Shown: in pieces, positions 33,932 through 37,680 of the stretch
Numbering within the stretch: the stretch's first letter is position 1
Layout of the letters: every line of letters starts with the position of its first letter
IMG/VR virus record: IMGVR_UViG_3300030330_004683
Coordinates: 1 to 37,680 of that record
Strand: one strand, 5' to 3'
DNA length: 37,680 nt
Source of the DNA: a virus
Lineage: Duplodnaviria > Caudoviricetes
Notes under the pieces: generated by a model
Databases searched by the model: none
What the model was told of the DNA's origin: nothing
What the model saw: only the letters and a program-made list of their open reading frames with translations
Translations under genes and position numbers: made by a program

Positions 33932-35514
33932 TGTCTATACCTTGTGGATATAAGAAGAATACGGAAACTGTAGCACAATACAGAAAAAGGTGTGGTGGAA
34001 GACCATTGGGTATGATTATGAAAAATGTAGGTGAGAGTAAAGACGAAATTAAAGTTTTACAAAACTTTCTTACAAAACATACAAAATCTGCTAAGAAAGC
34101 CTCTTCTATGATTAAGAAATATTATAAGAAAGTCAAAAAACAATTCAAAGGAGATTCTACAAGAGATGTAGCGATGGCTATTGTAGGCTATGATGCTTTA
34201 GGAGAAAATAAAGATTTGTTCAAAATGTACACACAGGCTATGAAAATGTTGCCTGGTTCTCCTAAACAAAAAGAACTTATAAAGAAAATTAGTTCTTTAC
34301 GAAAAAAATTAAAGATGGATGAAGCTCCAAGAAAACCTCGTAAGAAAGGTCAACATAGGAACTCACCAAATCATTCAGATTTGTATACGGATGAGAATCC
34401 AAAAGGTACAATAAAAGGATTGAAGTTTGCTACTGTACAAGATGCTGAGAAATCAGTATCCAAAATAAAGAATAGTGGTAAGTCTCATGCTCATAAAATA
34501 CAGGCAGCTGTTGCTATGGAACAAAGAGCTAGAGAGATGGGTAAGTCATCTCAGGCTGCTGTGTATAGAAGATATATAAATAAGATGAAAAAGAAGACCA
34601 AAAAGAAAAACGAAGGGTGGTCTGATAAATATAAGAAAAGTATTGATTGTAATAATCCGAAAGGATTTAGTCAGAAGGCACATTGTGCTGGAAGAAAAAA
34701 AAGAGAATCGGTAATGGAACATACTTGTCACGATTGTGGTCAACCAATAGATATAAACGAAGCTGGATTTAAGTTTGTTATTAGAAACAAGAAGAAGGTA
34801 AAGAAACTTATCTGTCCACCTGGTACAAAAGCTAAAGGTAGAAAAAAGTGTGTAAGAATGACTGGCGCTGAAAGAGTTAGAAGAGCCAAAGGTTTAAAAG
34901 TAACTCGTAGAAAAGCAAAAGCTAAAATAGCAAAAACTCTACGAAAGAGGGCAAAGAGTATGAAGAAAAGACAAAGTATGATTGGAGAATCTTTAAAGTT
35001 AGAAGAGTTGGTTGGTAAACCAATTACAGAAGCTCAGTTTGATGAAGCAGCTGGTAAGAAAGATGCTTGTTATCACAAGGTCAAAGCTCGTTATGATGTA
35101 TGGCCGTCAGCTTATGCTAGTGGTGCTCTTGTAAAGTGTCGTAAAGTCGGTGCTAAGAATTGGGGTAATAAATCTAAAAAAGAAAATGTATCAGAATCAT
35201 ATGATATATGGATGGAAGATGGTTCTTGGGGATATACATTAGATGGTATTGTTGAAGCTGAATATCAAGGTAGAAAAGTAAAACTTGGAAAACCAATGCA
35301 AGGTGATTCTAAAAAGTTTAAAGTATATGTGAAGAACGACAAAGGAAATGTTGTTAAAGTTAATTTTGGACATGGTGGTTCTTCAGCAAAAGGTAAGACT
35401 ATGAGAATCCGTAAATCTAATCCTAAAGCTAGAGCTAACTTTAGGGCACGCCACAATTGTGATAATCCAGGACCAAGATGGAAAGCTCGTTATTGGAGTT
35501 GTAAAAAATGGTAA
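33931..35514 (+). CDS. Very basic multi-module phage protein
   Basis: Concatenated small modules: HSDLYTDENPKGTI.., WSDKYKKSIDCNNPKGFSQKAHC, KDACYHKVKARYDVWPSAYASG, AEYQGRKVKL..FRARHNC..YWSCKKW. Confidence 0.75.
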   Translation: MSIPCGYKKNTETVAQYRKRCGGRPLGMIMKNVGESKDEIKVLQNFLTKHTKSAKKASSMIKKYYKKVKKQFKGDSTRDVAMAIVGYDALGENKDLFKMYTQAMKMLPGSPKQKELIKKISSLRKKLKMDEAPRKPRKKGQHRNSPNHSDLYTDENPKGTIKGLKFATVQDAEKSVSKIKNSGKSHAHKIQAAVAMEQRAREMGKSSQAAVYRRYINKMKKKTKKKNEGWSDKYKKSIDCNNPKGFSQKAHCAGRKKRESVMEHTCHDCGQPIDINEAGFKFVIRNKKKVKKLICPPGTKAKGRKKCVRMTGAERVRRAKGLKVTRRKAKAKIAKTLRKRAKSMKKRQSMIGESLKLEELVGKPITEAQFDEAAGKKDACYHKVKARYDVWPSAYASGALVKCRKVGAKNWGNKSKKENVSESYDIWMEDGSWGYTLDGIVEAEYQGRKVKLGKPMQGDSKKFKVYVKNDKGNVVKVNFGHGGSSAKGKTMRIRKSNPKARANFRARHNCDNPGPRWKARYWSCKKW

Positions 35515-36254
35515 AATTAAAAGACCTATTAACAGAAGGTGTTTTAGACCAAGGCATACTCAAAGCAGTATTTCTTGCTGGAGGACCTGGTAGTGGTAAA
35601 TCATTTGTTGCTGGTGAGATATTTGGAATACCAAAGAAAGTAAATGTATCAGCTTATGGATTGAAACTTGTAAATCAAGACAAAGAATTGGTTCGTATGT
35701 TAAACAAATATGGATTTGGTACGGACTTGGATGATATGCCAGAAGAACTATTTAGACAACTTACAGATCCTGATTACGAAGATTATAGTGGATTAAGAGG
35801 TAGAGCTAAAGAACTTACCAAACAAAGACAGAAGATGTATATGGATGGTAGGTTGGGTATGATAATAGATGGTACAGGTCATAAATATCAAAAGATAGTA
35901 AAACGAAAAAAAGAATTAGAAGATATAGGTTATGATTGTTACATGGTATTCATTCATACTGATTTAGATGTAGCACAAAAAAGAAACATGGAAAGACCAA
36001 GAAAACTTAATCCTGAAATTGTAGAAACTGGATGGAATGAAGTTCAAAAAAATAAAATATACTTTCAAGGTCTTTTTGGAAATGCTAACTTTATGATGAT
36101 AGATAACTCAAATACCTTAAGTCCAAAACAGGCAACCAAAAAATTTAACATGTTGGTTAAAAAAGGTATCGGTTCTTTTATTAAAAAACCAGTTAAAAAC
36201 TACCGAGGTAAAAAATGGGTAGAAAGACAACTTATACTTAAGGGATTAAAATGA
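35508..36254 (+). CDS. P-loop kinase (zeta-toxin/AAA_33-like)
   Basis: AVFLAGGPGSGKS Walker A, LVNQD, MIIDGTG, MVFIHT..VAQKRN..R lid. Confidence 0.8.
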   Translation: MVKLKDLLTEGVLDQGILKAVFLAGGPGSGKSFVAGEIFGIPKKVNVSAYGLKLVNQDKELVRMLNKYGFGTDLDDMPEELFRQLTDPDYEDYSGLRGRAKELTKQRQKMYMDGRLGMIIDGTGHKYQKIVKRKKELEDIGYDCYMVFIHTDLDVAQKRNMERPRKLNPEIVETGWNEVQKNKIYFQGLFGNANFMMIDNSNTLSPKQATKKFNMLVKKGIGSFIKKPVKNYRGKKWVERQLILKGLK

Positions 36255-36682
36255 TAAGTCTTATAAAATTATTAGAACAGAAATATAAAGAATGTCCACC
36301 ATCTACACAAGATTTAGAATTAAATACAAAGAACAGAGATGCTACTGTTAGAGATTATAATTACGGTCCTCTTAATGTGGATGAACCAGGTGACTATTGG
36401 GAAAAAGTTGCTGACAAATGGAACACTACTGTAGAAGCAGCTAAAACATCTTTATGTGCTAATTGTACAGCATTTGATATTTCACCAAGAATGTTAGAAT
36501 GTATGCCAGGTGAAACATCAGATGATGATGGAGTCTTGGGATATTGTTGGATGCATCATTTTAAGTGTCACTCTGCTAGAGCTTGTCATACATGGGCAAA
36601 AGGTGGTCCTATAAAAGACGATAAGATTTCTTACATTTGGGGTAAGAAAGCATTTGGTGGAAAAGACAAAAAAGATGATTAA
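36251..36682 (+). CDS. Cys-rich metal-binding protein (HiPIP-like Cys spacing)
   Basis: CANCTAF...GYCWMHHFKCHSARACHTW. Confidence 0.55.
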   Translation: MISLIKLLEQKYKECPPSTQDLELNTKNRDATVRDYNYGPLNVDEPGDYWEKVADKWNTTVEAAKTSLCANCTAFDISPRMLECMPGETSDDDGVLGYCWMHHFKCHSARACHTWAKGGPIKDDKISYIWGKKAFGGKDKKDD

Positions 36683-37238
36683 ACTTTTAGATTTAATTAC
36701 TGAAAAAATTATCTTGGATATTAAACCAGGAGATGTTATATTAGCTGGTAGATTTAAAAACAAAAAGGTTGTTGTTAAATCCATAGGAAAAGATGAACAT
36801 GGAATGCCAACAATAAACGGAAAAAAGGTTGTGAATTTTAGAATACCACCAAAGAATGAAATAAGAGAAAGAATTGATTTTCTTGATACAGCAGAACAAC
36901 TTGTAAAGAAAGCTGGATTAAAATCAAAGGTTGTCATAACCAAAAGAAAAGATACAAAAGCTGATTATAATGTAGATAATGATACTATTTATATAAACCC
37001 GACATCAGATGTTAAAGATTTCTTAGTTACAGTATTTCACGAAATAGACCATGCTAAAGATGCTCAAAAGTTCGGAAAGAAAAAGTACAAAGATAGATAT
37101 GAGATGGAGATGAATAAGGCAGTTGCTAGGGGTGGAGACGCTCATGATGATAATTACTTTGAAAAGAAAGCAGAAAGATATGGTCGTAAAGCAGCTAAAG
37201 ACTTTCTAAGGATTAATAAGAAGAATATTTATAAGTGA
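36675..37238 (+). CDS. Protein with C-terminal HEXXH zinc-metallopeptidase-like domain
   Basis: ADY..DTIYIN..TVFHEIDHAKD..NYFEKKA. Probable start ATG at 36675 (MIKLLDLITE). Confidence 0.7.
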   Translation: MIKLLDLITEKIILDIKPGDVILAGRFKNKKVVVKSIGKDEHGMPTINGKKVVNFRIPPKNEIRERIDFLDTAEQLVKKAGLKSKVVITKRKDTKADYNVDNDTIYINPTSDVKDFLVTVFHEIDHAKDAQKFGKKKYKDRYEMEMNKAVARGGDAHDDNYFEKKAERYGRKAAKDFLRINKKNIYK

Positions 37239-37680
37239 AAAAATTAGGTTTGGATGCCTCAACAACTACAGTAGGATATGCTTTTGTTGATGGTAAAGAA
37301 GTTATAGACTTAGGGTTTATCCCTATTCAAAAAGAAAAGTCTATCAGAGATAAAGTTCAATTAACAATGGATACCATAACGGAGTTAGACCCGTTTGACC
37401 AAGTTGAACAAATCTACATAGAAGATAGTCTTTCTGGTTTTAGTCGTGGTAGAACATCACAACAGACAATCATTAAACTCGCAAAGTTCAATGCAGTATT
37501 GGTATATTGTTTAGAGTTTGCTTACGGAGAGATAGTAGATGGTATCAATCCAATGACAGCAAGAAAACATCTCTTTGGTAAGGCTCGTAAACAAGGAGTT
37601 ACTGCAAAAGATTTTGTAAAAAAAGAAATAAATTGCTTGTATAATTTAGAAGAATATGTTAAATTAACTAAGACAGGATT
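37235..37680 (+). CDS. RuvC-like Holliday junction resolvase, truncated by window edge (not in ORF track)
   Basis: GTG start. MKKLGLDASTTTVGYA..IYIEDSL..TIIKLAKFN..INPMTARKHLFGK..AK. Preceded by ATATTTATA at 37225-33. Confidence 0.85.
   Translation, partial: MKKLGLDASTTTVGYAFVDGKEVIDLGFIPIQKEKSIRDKVQLTMDTITELDPFDQVEQIYIEDSLSGFSRGRTSQQTIIKLAKFNAVLVYCLEFAYGEIVDGINPMTARKHLFGKARKQGVTAKDFVKKEINCLYNLEEYVKLTKTG

Noticed and set aside
35508-36254. Zeta toxin-antitoxin system
   Set aside because: Only a generic P-loop kinase fold is supported. No epsilon-like antitoxin is evident and the substrate is unknown
2781-36943. All minus-strand ORFs in the track
   Set aside because: Short, antisense to well-supported + strand genes, with no recognisable motifs
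1-37680. Stop-codon reassignment
   Set aside because: Genes are intact and dense under code 11, and TAA, TAG and TGA all end genes at coupled junctions

Overview
AT-rich fragment of a large T4-like (contractile-tailed) dsDNA phage genome. Essentially all real genes are on the + strand, tightly packed and often TAATG-coupled. In order: (1) 1-4330, early region: tail of a PseT-like 3'-phosphatase, small hypotheticals behind four repeated sigma70-type promoters, an SLT lytic transglycosylase and a Popeye-type membrane cNMP-binding protein. (2) 4394-6280, a phage late-type sigma factor and neighbours. (3) 6280-26931, baseplate/tail module (spike-like, gp25, gp6-like, LamG/PKD proteins, tail-collar-like paralogs). 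(4) 26958-30772, a cell-envelope cassette: predicted outer-membrane protein, an unannotated 16-aa/8-Cys micropeptide, lipoprotein, MshEN-domain membrane protein and a Cys-less secreted thioredoxin fold. (5) 30955-33548, four tandem type IV pilin genes plus a secreted protein, behind a host-type sigma54 (-24/-12) promoter with a TGT-N10-ACA palindrome upstream. (6) 33587-37238, very basic proteins with a shared N-terminal leader and Glu-containing linkers (candidate head-packaged polyproteins), then a truncated RuvC-like resolvase. The most striking system is the phage-borne, apparently sigma54-controlled pilin cassette beside a c-di-GMP-receptor-like protein. An FCB-group host (possibly Marinimicrobia) is inferred but not proven. 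No tRNA, rRNA, CRISPR array or IS element was recognised. All family assignments come from reading motifs by eye, not from database searches.
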